DNA of 64,000 nucleotides from Bacteroidales bacterium UBA3810. Its GTDB lineage: Bacteria; Bacteroidota; Bacteroidia; Bacteroidales; Paludibacteraceae. Positions 1-8,338 of the stretch are shown piece after piece (the first letter of the stretch is position 1; the number at the start of each line of letters is the position of its first letter). Location: NCBI GenBank assembly GCA_002368645.1, contig DFEE01000032.1:1511-65510 (forward strand). Reading direction: 5' to 3'. Under the pieces are notes generated by a model. It had not been told where the DNA came from. It did no database searches and was given only the letters and a program-made list of their open reading frames with translations. The translations under genes were made by a program, and so were the position numbers.

Positions 1-50
1 ATAAAATTAAAATATTTTACTAAAAATTTGGTTGTTTGAAAAATTTTGTA

Positions 51-58
51 TAATTTTG
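51..58 (+). promoter_or_regulatory. Bacteroidetes-type -7 promoter box (TAATTTTG) upstream of the 93..4322 gene string
   Basis: TAATTTTG at 51-58 matches the TAnnTTTG -7 consensus. TTTG candidates for the -33 element lie at 27-30 and 35-38. The first ATG of the cassette is 35 nt downstream. Confidence 0.4.
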
Positions 59-92
59 CAGCAGAATTTTGAATATTTTAATTTTATAGTGT

Positions 93-326
93 ATGGAAAA
101 GACAGAAAAACGACAAAGATTTGAGAAAGTAGCAGGTGCGCGAGTACAGAAAGTGCTGGATACCTTACAGTTACTAAAAAATTGTTCTAACCGGAATAAT
201 TATGAGTACACAGCATCTGACGTGAATCAAATGTTCTCTGAAATATCTAAAGCCGTCAAAGGAGCACAGGCCGCATATGTCAGCGAACTAAATAAAGCCA
301 ACAAAAAAGGATTTACCTTTAAATAA
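93..326 (+). CDS. small (77 aa) Lys/Glu-rich, predicted all-helical protein of unknown function; first gene of the cassette
   Basis: The ORF starts 35 nt after the promoter box and ends 7 nt before the next ORF. There is no signal peptide and I recognise no family. Confidence 0.55.
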   Translation: MEKTEKRQRFEKVAGARVQKVLDTLQLLKNCSNRNNYEYTASDVNQMFSEISKAVKGAQAAYVSELNKANKKGFTFK

Positions 327-333
327 AAACACC

Positions 334-2325
334 ATGGACAATTCCTATATTTTCGGAAATCACACTTGGAATTTCTCTAAACAACTTGGCGGAAAAGATA
401 ATGCCGGGGATGTCGCAGAAAAATTATTTCTAAAAGATTATGCTCATTTAGTAAGAGAATCCATCCAAAATTCTCTAGATGTTGCTATAAACAAAACTAT
501 TCCGGTTAAAGTTACTTTTAGATTTGGAGAAATCACACTACGACCGGATGATGCCTTTTATAAATTGGAAGAATGGGTTGATGGCGGAATGAGAATGTAT
601 TCTAATCCTTCGACCAGGAGTTATAAAAATCTCAAAAATGTCAAAGAAGCTCTGCTAGAGATTAAAGAAAACGGTATTTTATATTATCTGGAAGTTTCTG
701 ATGAAAACACCAGAGGCATGGATTATACATCCGTAAAGAGCAAACAATCTGACACTCGTTTCTATTCATTTGCTCACAGCGAGGGAAATTCTTCAAAATC
801 CTCAAAAACAAGTGCCGGTTCGCATGGTGTCGGAAAGATTGTTTTTTACAAGATTTCTAAATTAAACACACTATTTGTGTCGTCCAAATGCGCAGAAAAC
901 GATCAGGTCCTGTTTGAAGGAATAAGCGAACTGTGTACTTCACTAGGAAAGGACGAAGAAACCAAATATCAATCTACCGGTTATTTCTGTTTAAAGCCGG
1001 ATGAGGAGCCAACAACCGCGTATGAGCTTATACCGGAACCTTTTAGACGTTCTAATTATGGAACCTCTGTATTTGCAATGGGGGTAAGTGGCGATGCAAG
1101 AGAAAAAGAGCGCAGCCTAAGGGCTATTGAAAAAGCAGTACTGGACAACTTCTGGTTATCTATTTTGCAAAACAAATTAACAGTTCAAATTGGTGATACA
1201 GAGATAAAGGGGGATGATATTTTAACTCTCGCCGACAAAATATACGGAAACCCAGAGTTATATATGACAAGTGGCTCTATAGACCCTCGCCCTTATATTG
1301 AAGCGGTTGCTTTTGCTGGCAACAAAAATCATTTACTAATCACCGACACGCTACCAGATTTAGGAGAAGTAAGTCTCTATATATCTAAAGATAAACAAGG
1401 AGATAATTATATCCAATTCATGCGTGAGACAAGAATGCTCATAAAAAAAGAAAAGCAATCAAATTATGGCTTCTATGGAGTCTTTGTATGTGATGGCGAA
1501 ATTGGAAATATTAATTTGCGAAATTCGGAAGATGCAACTCATACAAAATGGAACTCAAGCGAATGTGAAGATGAGAAGGAACGACTTAGTGCTCGAAGAT
1601 CTATTCAACAGATGAACAAATTTATTGAAGAAAATTTAGTTAAAATTTTTGGCGGAGCTAATGCCGGGAAATCAGATATCGCGGGTGCAGAAGAGTTTTT
1701 ATATATGGATGTTGCGTATGACGAGTTGGAAGATTCGGACATGGAAACCATAGTTGGTAAAACTAATGGTGAACTGCAAAAAGAAGAAAGTTCTTCCCAA
1801 ACTACATTGTTTGATGATATCTCTTTCGGCAAAAAGAACACGGAACAACATGGATATGTCAGTGTTGACAAAATCACAACAGCTTCCATTGATGAAGAAG
1901 GAGATTTGCAAGGCGGGCGTTCAGACACCCCACATATTCCAAATCCCGGTCCAATTCCACCTCCAAATCCCACTAACGAAAACAGATTCGCAGAAAACGA
2001 AGATGGTATTCAAGGACATTTTGTAAAAAATATACATGTAAAATATCGTCCTTATTTTCAGAAAGAAAACGGCACAATTTATCATTTTATCAGCCTAACT
2101 CCGTCGGAAGACTGTGAGAACGCTACAGTTGAAATAATGGTCAAGGGTGATGAAGACAAGGATAAGGACATAATATTTATCGAATCTGTCTCTATTGGGA
2201 CACCACATGAAAATAAAATAACAGACCTTTCATTTACCAAAGGTCAAAAGGTGTTGTTAAAGGTAAAATTTGAGGACAATCTTTTACACTCATTATCATT
2301 AAAAGCATATGAAGACAAAAGATAA
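334..2325 (+). CDS. GHKL-superfamily (HATPase_c / MORC-sacsin-like) ATPase, 663 aa, with acidic/Pro-rich linker and C-terminal beta-rich domain
   Basis: N-box-like VRESIQNSLDV (aa 40-50: E42, N46, D49). Degenerate G1 box VSDENTRGMD (aa 121-130). G2 box GSHGVGKIVFY (aa 162-172). Order and spacing are typical of the Bergerat fold. Pro-rich segment PHIPNPGPIPPPNPTNEN lies near aa 530-550. Confidence 0.7.
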   Translation: MDNSYIFGNHTWNFSKQLGGKDNAGDVAEKLFLKDYAHLVRESIQNSLDVAINKTIPVKVTFRFGEITLRPDDAFYKLEEWVDGGMRMYSNPSTRSYKNLKNVKEALLEIKENGILYYLEVSDENTRGMDYTSVKSKQSDTRFYSFAHSEGNSSKSSKTSAGSHGVGKIVFYKISKLNTLFVSSKCAENDQVLFEGISELCTSLGKDEETKYQSTGYFCLKPDEEPTTAYELIPEPFRRSNYGTSVFAMGVSGDAREKERSLRAIEKAVLDNFWLSILQNKLTVQIGDTEIKGDDILTLADKIYGNPELYMTSGSIDPRPYIEAVAFAGNKNHLLITDTLPDLGEVSLYISKDKQGDNYIQFMRETRMLIKKEKQSNYGFYGVFVCDGEIGNINLRNSEDATHTKWNSSECEDEKERLSARRSIQQMNKFIEENLVKIFGGANAGKSDIAGAEEFLYMDVAYDELEDSDMETIVGKTNGELQKEESSSQTTLFDDISFGKKNTEQHGYVSVDKITTASIDEEGDLQGGRSDTPHIPNPGPIPPPNPTNENRFAENEDGIQGHFVKNIHVKYRPYFQKENGTIYHFISLTPSEDCENATVEIMVKGDEDKDKDIIFIESVSIGTPHENKITDLSFTKGQKVLLKVKFEDNLLHSLSLKAYEDKR

Positions 2326-3199
2326 ATTATTACCATACCCTGTTCTTGGGAATTACGATGCAGTATATCCATTACTGACGAGCGATGCCGTTGTTTTTCC
2401 AGTTCCTGAAAGAGATGATAATGACTATATTTTTCATATTGAATTAAATCAGCGCAATCAAGATATTACCAAACTAATCAAGGAAGGGAAAGCGGAATAC
2501 CTCTGCGAAGTGTATTGTAAAAACACACTACTTCGACAACGGTACACATCATCTGAACCTATATTCGACTTTCGATTAGGGCGTAAAGTTGTTAATGGCC
2601 ATGTAGATTTAGAGTTTTATGTAGTCCTTACACAAGATATTCGATACACAAATATCGGATTTAACGATGACTTTGCCGGTTTATCATTTGATTTAGAGAG
2701 AGGCAATATTCTTGTTGCATTTCCTTCTGCTTGGTTTAATGCAAAAATTGAGAATGAAAAAATGTTTGCATTAGGTTCTTTCGTAAAGGTGATAGGCGCA
2801 GATGTACAAGATTTAAGTATTGATTTTGGCAAAAATGAAGCTGTTTATATACAGTTACCACGAAGGATGTATGAGCAGTACGAAAATACTATCAAACCAG
2901 ACCGAGATTTTAAAGAAATTATAATTTCATCTATTCTACATGATGCTTTAATAAGGATTATTACTAATTATAATAAAGAACGAGACGATGATAAAACCTG
3001 GGCAGATGCCCTCAAACGAAGAATTGAAGGTTTGAATGAAAAATCACACAAGACCTTCAGATTACGCCCTGAAGATGCTATTGACATTGCCGATGGCCTT
3101 CTTCAAAATCCTTATCCAAGACTATTTGATTCCCTCATCGTTCTTCATCAAAGACTAAAAATGAGTAATACCCAATCAGAACCTAATTCAGAGCAATAA
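2309..3199 (+). CDS. hypothetical protein (296 aa), overlaps the ATPase gene by 17 nt
   Basis: Long ORF in operon context with a 17-nt overlap on the upstream gene. I recognise no catalytic motif, signal peptide or TM segment. Confidence 0.65.
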   Translation: MKTKDKLLPYPVLGNYDAVYPLLTSDAVVFPVPERDDNDYIFHIELNQRNQDITKLIKEGKAEYLCEVYCKNTLLRQRYTSSEPIFDFRLGRKVVNGHVDLEFYVVLTQDIRYTNIGFNDDFAGLSFDLERGNILVAFPSAWFNAKIENEKMFALGSFVKVIGADVQDLSIDFGKNEAVYIQLPRRMYEQYENTIKPDRDFKEIIISSILHDALIRIITNYNKERDDDKTWADALKRRIEGLNEKSHKTFRLRPEDAIDIADGLLQNPYPRLFDSLIVLHQRLKMSNTQSEPNSEQ

Positions 3200-3201
3200 T
3201 T

Positions 3202-3948
3202 ATGGAACTGCAAAAGATTTATAAAACCAAGTATGTCAACTATTTAAGTGACAATTTTGTAAAGGAATCTTACCTTCAGGATAAATTTATCGCAGAAAAC
3301 CCGCAGGTTTTACCACTGAAAGATATATACAATAATGCAAGTGTATTAATAGAAAAAATGATTCCTGATAGTAAGCATGACTTTGAGTCTGCTGTTGCAC
3401 TTTATGAAGCATATCCGAATCTTACTCCCCTTGTTGCGTCTCAGGCTTCACTTTGGGTATATTTAGCTCACAACGAACTATTTAGTTACGTTCAGAAACG
3501 CTGGAAAGTCTCTGCTAATTCAACAGAAGAACGTATGAAAAAACAATGGTTTGATAATGGAGAAAGCGGAACATTATCCGGTTTATGGTGGGCTGTATAT
3601 TTAACTGTGGATGAGGATAGAGAAGATAAATACGAACTAACAAGAACATTATTCCAGAATCAAACTTTCAGAACTCGAACGTTCTTTACTTACCGTATAG
3701 GTAAATGTAGGGAAGCGCTACAAGGTGTTCTTGGTTTTATGACTGACAATAAAGAATTATTTAAAGGTCATGAAGAAGCTCGAGCAACGTATGTATCTCT
3801 ATATTTCAGCCGTCTTGGGACTACTAAGGAGTTGCCATATATGGATAAAGAATTCTTCTATAACGAATTAAATAAAAAACGTAGAGCAATTGAACTGGCT
3901 GTAGACAGAGAAAATGTCCGCCACAACCATGAAATTTGGAATATATAA
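3202..3948 (+). CDS. hypothetical Trp-rich helical protein (248 aa)
   Basis: Starts 2 nt after the previous stop. Conserved-looking segments are SLWVYLAHNELFSYVQKRW and LSGLWWAVYLTV. I cannot assign a family. Confidence 0.65.
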   Translation: MELQKIYKTKYVNYLSDNFVKESYLQDKFIAENPQVLPLKDIYNNASVLIEKMIPDSKHDFESAVALYEAYPNLTPLVASQASLWVYLAHNELFSYVQKRWKVSANSTEERMKKQWFDNGESGTLSGLWWAVYLTVDEDREDKYELTRTLFQNQTFRTRTFFTYRIGKCREALQGVLGFMTDNKELFKGHEEARATYVSLYFSRLGTTKELPYMDKEFFYNELNKKRRAIELAVDRENVRHNHEIWNI

Positions 3949-3959
3949 TACACACACCT

Positions 3960-4322
3960 ATGAAAAAACTATTTATCCTTTTAGCAGCGGCGATGATGAT
4001 ATTATCGGCATGCAACAACAAGTTAACCGTAGAACAGGCTGAATCGGCTGTGATGCAAGGCGAAAAAGACAGACTGCCATTACTATTGCAGACACTACCT
4101 TTCTTGGATGATATTACCATTGATAGTATTCGTCTAAATATAAAAGATGAACCAATGCAAGGTTATCTATATACCACTTGGAAAAGCGGCAAGAAAGAAA
4201 AGTTAATCATTGTACCGGTAGATAGTATTCAAACGGATGCCACTCGCAAAGATTATATCCAATGGCAAAGTCATTGGGATGATGCTGCGCGCGCATACCT
4301 CATGAAAAGTTTAGGACTTTAG
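3960..4322 (+). CDS. small lipoprotein (about 120 aa)
   Basis: Internal ATG at 3960 gives MKKLFILLAAAMMILSAC with a lipobox (LSAC). The track ORF start at 3936 overlaps the previous gene and lacks the signal peptide context. Confidence 0.55.
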   Translation: MKKLFILLAAAMMILSACNNKLTVEQAESAVMQGEKDRLPLLLQTLPFLDDITIDSIRLNIKDEPMQGYLYTTWKSGKKEKLIIVPVDSIQTDATRKDYIQWQSHWDDAARAYLMKSLGL

Positions 4323-4623
4323 CACCCGCACAACCCCCCAAAAAAGTTGTTTTTAAGGTGATAGATTCGGACTCTTTTTTGACTTATATATGGAGGGGTA
4401 TATAAAACACGAATCTATTAACACTAAACACAACCGCACATGAACACAACAACACATTTTGACCCTTGGCATGACAGGCACACAATCAATATGGAACCGG
4501 AACAGATGGACAGGTTCTCGGACGAGGACAGCCTGTTTGCCGGACAACCAACCGGAAAATGCACCGCCATGCCCTTGCAGCACTCACAAAACATATGAGT
4601 AATAAACTAAACATCCTTGTATT

Positions 4624-6048
4624 ATGACAAACAACTACACCGAAGGGAGCATACGGGAGATTGTTGCGGCGCAACGCCGGTTCTTCCGCTCCGGCGCGAC
4701 CCTGCCTGTCTCATGGCGTATCGAACAACTCAAGCGGCTCAAAGCGGCAGTCATCGCCTATGCGGACAGGTTTACCGCGGCATTGACAGAAGACCTCGGC
4801 AGAAGCGAGGTGGAGGCATACCTATGCGACGTAGGACCAAACATTGTGGAAATCAATGAAATGATTAGTCATCTCCGCCGCTGGGCAAGACCGGAGTTGC
4901 ATTTCAGCGGTCTGATGTGTTTTCCCAGTCTGTTCACAAAAGTATATAAGATGCCATACGGCGTAGCGCTCGTTATCAGTCCGTTCAATTTCCCGATCTT
5001 CCTGACTATCGGCGTAGTGGCAGCTGCTATGGCGGCAGGGAACACCGTCGTCATCAAATCAAGCTCCAAGTCCGCAGCCTGTACGGCGGTGCTGAAGCGG
5101 TTCTTCGCCGAAGCCTTTCCGCCGGAATACATCACGCTCATTGACGGTGGACACGACGTAGCGGATATGTGCCTGGCGCAGCGGTTTGACAAGATTTTCT
5201 ACACCGGCTCCCCTACCGTGGGCAGGCATGTAATGGCGGAAGCTGCCAAGAACCTGACGCCCGTAGCGTTGGAGTTAGGAGGAGAGACGGGTAACTGGGC
5301 GGTCGTTCGCAAGGACGCTGACCTCAAGGACACGGCGCGCAAGATAGCATGGTTCAAGTCCGTCAATGCCGGACAGATATGTATCAACATTAACCAGATA
5401 GCCGTAGCGGAAGAAATAGCAGAACTGTTCCTGGAGGAGCTGAAGCGCGCTTTTGTACAGCAGTTAGGCGAACATCCGGAGACGAACGATGAGTATCCGA
5501 AACTCATCATCGCCGCAGCGTACGACAAATGTGCACGAGAGGCGGAAGAGTACCGGGAGCGAATCATCTTCGGCGGGGTAGGAAACAAAGAGACGCGCAA
5601 GTACGCGCCGACCATCATCTACCCGGTGGGAATCCATGAGCCTGTTGTTCAGCACGAGTTGTTCTGTCCGCTGCTGCCGGTAGTGCCCTTCAAGGACGCG
5701 GAGGTAGATGCACTGATGGACGTGATAGCGGACCGCGAACACCCCTTGGCGATGTATCTCTTCACAAAAAACAGGAAGTGGGCGGACCGCGTGATGCAAA
5801 CCCGGCAGTTCGGAGGCGGCTGCATCAATGAAGTATGCATTCATATGATGGTCAAAGGAGTGCCGTTCAACGGTACAGGGCACTCGGGAATGGGTGTCTA
5901 CCACGGCGAATGGGGATTCAGGGAGTTCACCCACCCGCAGACAGTACTGCGTGGCAGCACAATCTTCAACCTGCCGCTGCGCGAACATCCCTACGGCGGA
6001 GAGAATGGCAAACGGAAAATGAGGCTGCTGAGGCTTTTCGAACGATAA
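4624..6048 (+). CDS. NAD(P)+-dependent aldehyde dehydrogenase (class-3-like ALDH family)
   Basis: 474 aa. Contains ELGGE (counterpart of the ELGGK motif), the catalytic-Cys region NAGQICIN and the C-terminal motif FGGVGNSGMG-like (NGTGHSGMGVYHG). Confidence 0.88.
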   Translation: MTNNYTEGSIREIVAAQRRFFRSGATLPVSWRIEQLKRLKAAVIAYADRFTAALTEDLGRSEVEAYLCDVGPNIVEINEMISHLRRWARPELHFSGLMCFPSLFTKVYKMPYGVALVISPFNFPIFLTIGVVAAAMAAGNTVVIKSSSKSAACTAVLKRFFAEAFPPEYITLIDGGHDVADMCLAQRFDKIFYTGSPTVGRHVMAEAAKNLTPVALELGGETGNWAVVRKDADLKDTARKIAWFKSVNAGQICININQIAVAEEIAELFLEELKRAFVQQLGEHPETNDEYPKLIIAAAYDKCAREAEEYRERIIFGGVGNKETRKYAPTIIYPVGIHEPVVQHELFCPLLPVVPFKDAEVDALMDVIADREHPLAMYLFTKNRKWADRVMQTRQFGGGCINEVCIHMMVKGVPFNGTGHSGMGVYHGEWGFREFTHPQTVLRGSTIFNLPLREHPYGGENGKRKMRLLRLFER

Positions 6049-6060
6049 ATAACAATACTA

Positions 6061-6845
6061 TGAAACGATTTCTTTATCTAACGGCAGTAATGGTATTAAC
6101 CATCAGCTGCCAGCATTCGGCAGATAGTCGTCCTGCTCCGCAGGCAGGCAGGGTAGAGCGGGACACATTGGCCGGAGTGCCTTGCTGCGTGTATCTGCCT
6201 GCCGGTTATAGCCAAGTGGCCGGGGCACAGAAATTTCCGGTGCTGTACCTGCAGCACGGGATGTACGGAAACGAAGATGACTGGACGTCAAAGGGTCGTT
6301 TGGTAGAGATAATGGACTCGCTGCTGCAGGCCGGCGAGGTGAAAGAGATGGTGGTAATCATGCCGGATAACTGTCCGTCTTATCCCACGTCGGAAGAGGA
6401 GCGTGCCCATGCGATGAACGGTGAATGGATAGCACGTTTTGTGGATTTCATGGCGGCCTCAGAAGCCCGGTACGCCATCAGCAGTGCGCCCTCGCAACGC
6501 GCCATCGCCGGGCTCTCTATGGGCGGGTTCCATACGATGCATGTCAGTCATCATCTCGCCGGAGAGTTCGCGTATGTAGGACTCTTCTCCGCGGCTATAC
6601 TACCTGTTGAAGCCCATCCGATATATGACAACTGGGAACAGGAAGTGCGCGAACAGATGCAGTCCACACGGCTCTACTGGATAGGTATCGGGCGAGAGGA
6701 TTTTCTGTATGACTTCAATACCGAATACCGCCGCTGGCTGGAGCAAAACGACATCGAATATACCTACTACGAGAGCCTGGGCGGACACACATGGGACAAC
6801 TGGCAGAAGTACCTATGCCGATTTCTGAAGAAAGTGACCTTTTAA
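6061..6845 (+). CDS. esterase-family alpha/beta hydrolase lipoprotein (esterase D / enterochelin-esterase-like)
   Basis: Start chosen at MKRFLYLTAVMVLTISC (lipobox). GLSMGG nucleophile elbow (GxSxG). The track ORF start at 5835 overlaps the ALDH gene by about 200 nt and is rejected. Confidence 0.8.
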
Positions 6846-6864
6846 CTTGCAAACAACAAATAAT

Positions 6865-7308
6865 ATGAAACGACTATTCTTTCTTTTCGCCGTTGCGGTA
6901 GTGGCTGCAGGAGCAATGGCACAAGGTCCTCAGGGGCCGCGTGGGCATCATAACGACCGGCACGGGCATGGCGACTCGCACCGCCGGCCGCCGATGGAAC
7001 AGCGGTATTACGATTGCGCATCTGCCGAACAGATGCAAGCGGTCATGGACGCACTCAACGGACAATCGTTTGACGACAAGAAACTGGAGATCGCCAAACT
7101 ATGCGTCACCATCGGCTATTTCTGCACGGCGGACATGGCACAGATGGCCACGGTGTTCTCCTTCGACGACAAACGGCTGGAGTTCCTCAAATACGCCTAC
7201 CCCTATTGCCTCGATAAAGAGAACTACCCCACGCTGCGCGAGAGTTTCTCCTTCAAGTCGAACTTCGACGCCTTGCTGGACTATATCTACCCGAATATGC
7301 GGAAATAA
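6865..7308 (+). CDS. secreted protein, DUF4476-like C-terminal domain (tentative)
   Basis: Signal peptide MKRLFFLFAVAVVAAGAMAQ, then a His/Arg-rich segment. The C-terminal FSFDDKRLEFLKYAYPYCLDKENY pattern resembles Bacteroidetes DUF4476 proteins from memory; not verified. Confidence 0.55.
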   Translation: MKRLFFLFAVAVVAAGAMAQGPQGPRGHHNDRHGHGDSHRRPPMEQRYYDCASAEQMQAVMDALNGQSFDDKKLEIAKLCVTIGYFCTADMAQMATVFSFDDKRLEFLKYAYPYCLDKENYPTLRESFSFKSNFDALLDYIYPNMRK

Positions 7309-7328
7309 TCCTATAAACACCAACAACT

Positions 7329-7484
7329 ATGTCCTGTTTACAAGTTCTATTAGCTGTTATCTTTCCGCCGCTGGCGGTGATTGACCGCGGATGCGGATCG
7401 GTACTGATTGTCTTTATCCTCACCTGTCTCGGATGGTTGCCGGGAGTGATTGGCGCGTTAATCATTCTCAATAAGAACAAGTGA
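7329..7484 (+). CDS. Pmp3/YqaE (UPF0057) family small membrane proteolipid, 51 aa
   Basis: Not in the ORF track because it is under 60 aa. Translation MSCLQVLLAVIFPPLAVIDRGCGSVLIVFILTCLGWLPGVIGALIILNKNK shows the family hallmarks: FPPLAV, two TM helices and GW-PG. Confidence 0.75.
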   Translation: MSCLQVLLAVIFPPLAVIDRGCGSVLIVFILTCLGWLPGVIGALIILNKNK

Positions 7485-7495
7485 TAACGAAAACA

Positions 7496-7876
7496 ATGAG
7501 AAAGACCATTGAGGTTGTAGCGGCGGTTATTTTTGACGAGCAAGGACGAATATTTGCCACGCAACGAGGCTACGGAGAATGGAAAGACTGGTGGGAGTTT
7601 CCGGGAGGCAAAATGGAAGCCGGCGAGACGCCCGAGCAGGCTTTACGCCGCGAAATACACGAAGAATTAGCCGCGGAGATAGAGGTTGGTGAGTTGCTGA
7701 GGACGATTGACTATGACTACCCTGATTTCCATTTGACGATGCATTGTTTTATGTGCAGGCTGGAGGGGCGCGTTACGCTTCTTGAGCATGAAGCCGCCAA
7801 ATGGCTTGCACCATCTGAACTCGATTCAGTACGCTGGCTGCCGGCAGATGAGGAGATAATCGAAAAACTGAAATAG
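7496..7876 (+). CDS. NUDIX hydrolase (MutT-like)
   Basis: Nudix box GGKMEAGETPEQALRREIHEELAAEI (Gx5Ex7REUxEExGU). The ATG at 7496 is preferred over the GTG at 7481. Confidence 0.85.
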   Translation: MRKTIEVVAAVIFDEQGRIFATQRGYGEWKDWWEFPGGKMEAGETPEQALRREIHEELAAEIEVGELLRTIDYDYPDFHLTMHCFMCRLEGRVTLLEHEAAKWLAPSELDSVRWLPADEEIIEKLK

Positions 7877-8068
7877 CAGTTTCTCTTCATTGCCGATTAT
7901 TAAGATTCGGACGAGATACCAACATCCGTCTAACTCTGCATAAACAATCTTTTTCGCTTATATTTTCCCCTATACAGGCAATGTATGAATAATACGGAGA
8001 TTTCTAACCGTAATTTAATGCAGATTTTCACTAAAATACGAATAAATAGCTCTAAAAACCGTTATTTA

Positions 8069-8082
8069 GTGCAAATTTGCAC
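8069..8082. promoter_or_regulatory. perfect 14-bp palindrome GTGCAAATTTGCAC (operator-like)
   Basis: Perfect dyad symmetry in the intergenic region. It is flanked by direct repeats AAAATACGAATAAA and AAAATACGGATAAA. Confidence 0.3.
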
Positions 8083-8099
8083 AAAAATACGGATAAACA

Positions 8100-8131
8100 T
8101 TTGCACAATTCAAAAAAAAGTAGTATCTTCG
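8100..8131 (+). promoter_or_regulatory. candidate promoter (-33 TTTG / -7 TATCTTCG, 20-nt spacer)
   Basis: TTTG at 8100-8103 and TATCTTCG at 8124-8131, one mismatch to TAnnTTTG. No protein-coding ORF follows; the 138-nt hairpin does. Confidence 0.35.
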
Positions 8132-8197
8132 GCACGCCCCTTAAAAGGGAACCCTCCGAAAATATGGTCGCATTATGCTGAGCATACGCGCTCATAA

Positions 8198-8335
8198 AAG
8201 TACATTTTTTTCGCAAAAGGGATGTATCCCTTCTATTTTATATCTGCTGACGGCTTATGTATGCAAGCATCCAAATCCGGCAACTGATATAAAATAATAG
8301 AATGAATTCTATTTTTTGCGAAAAAAAATGTACTT
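8198..8335. repeat. 138-nt imperfect inverted repeat (long hairpin)
   Basis: Outer arms AAGTACATTTTTTTCGCAAAA (8198-8218) and TTTTGCGAAAAAAAATGTACTT (8314-8335) are complementary with a 1-nt bulge. Inner arms CTATTTTATATC (8233-8244) and GATATAAAATAATAG (8286-8300) pair with a 3-nt bulge. Confidence 0.6.
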
Positions 8336-8338
8336 ATA

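Noticed and set aside
1605-2026. Short ORFs overlapping the GHKL ATPase gene on both strands
   Set aside because: They are embedded in a longer ORF with clear motif support, and their composition is low-complexity.
4353-4859. ORFs of 62-80 aa around the ALDH start
   Set aside because: They are Cys/Arg/Pro-rich translations typical of out-of-frame reading of GC-rich DNA. They overlap the ALDH gene or its upstream region without start signals.
5835-6060. N-terminal extension of track ORF 5835..6845 (336 aa)
   Set aside because: The first ~75 codons overlap the 3' end of the ALDH gene in another frame and are Arg/Ala-rich with no family resemblance. A lipoprotein signal peptide starts at the internal ATG at 6061, just after the ALDH stop.
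6941-7384. 147-aa plus-strand alternative frame over the DUF4476-like gene
   Set aside because: The translation is Arg/Thr/Trp-rich and out of frame. The other frame has a signal peptide and a conserved C-terminal domain pattern. The downstream part would also collide with the well-supported Pmp3 small gene.
7985-8197. 70-aa plus-strand ORF in the Nudix/AAA_14 spacer
   Set aside because: The translation is low-complexity (Ile/Asn/Lys/Arg). The ORF spans direct repeats, a palindrome and a promoter-like element. A non-coding interpretation fits better.
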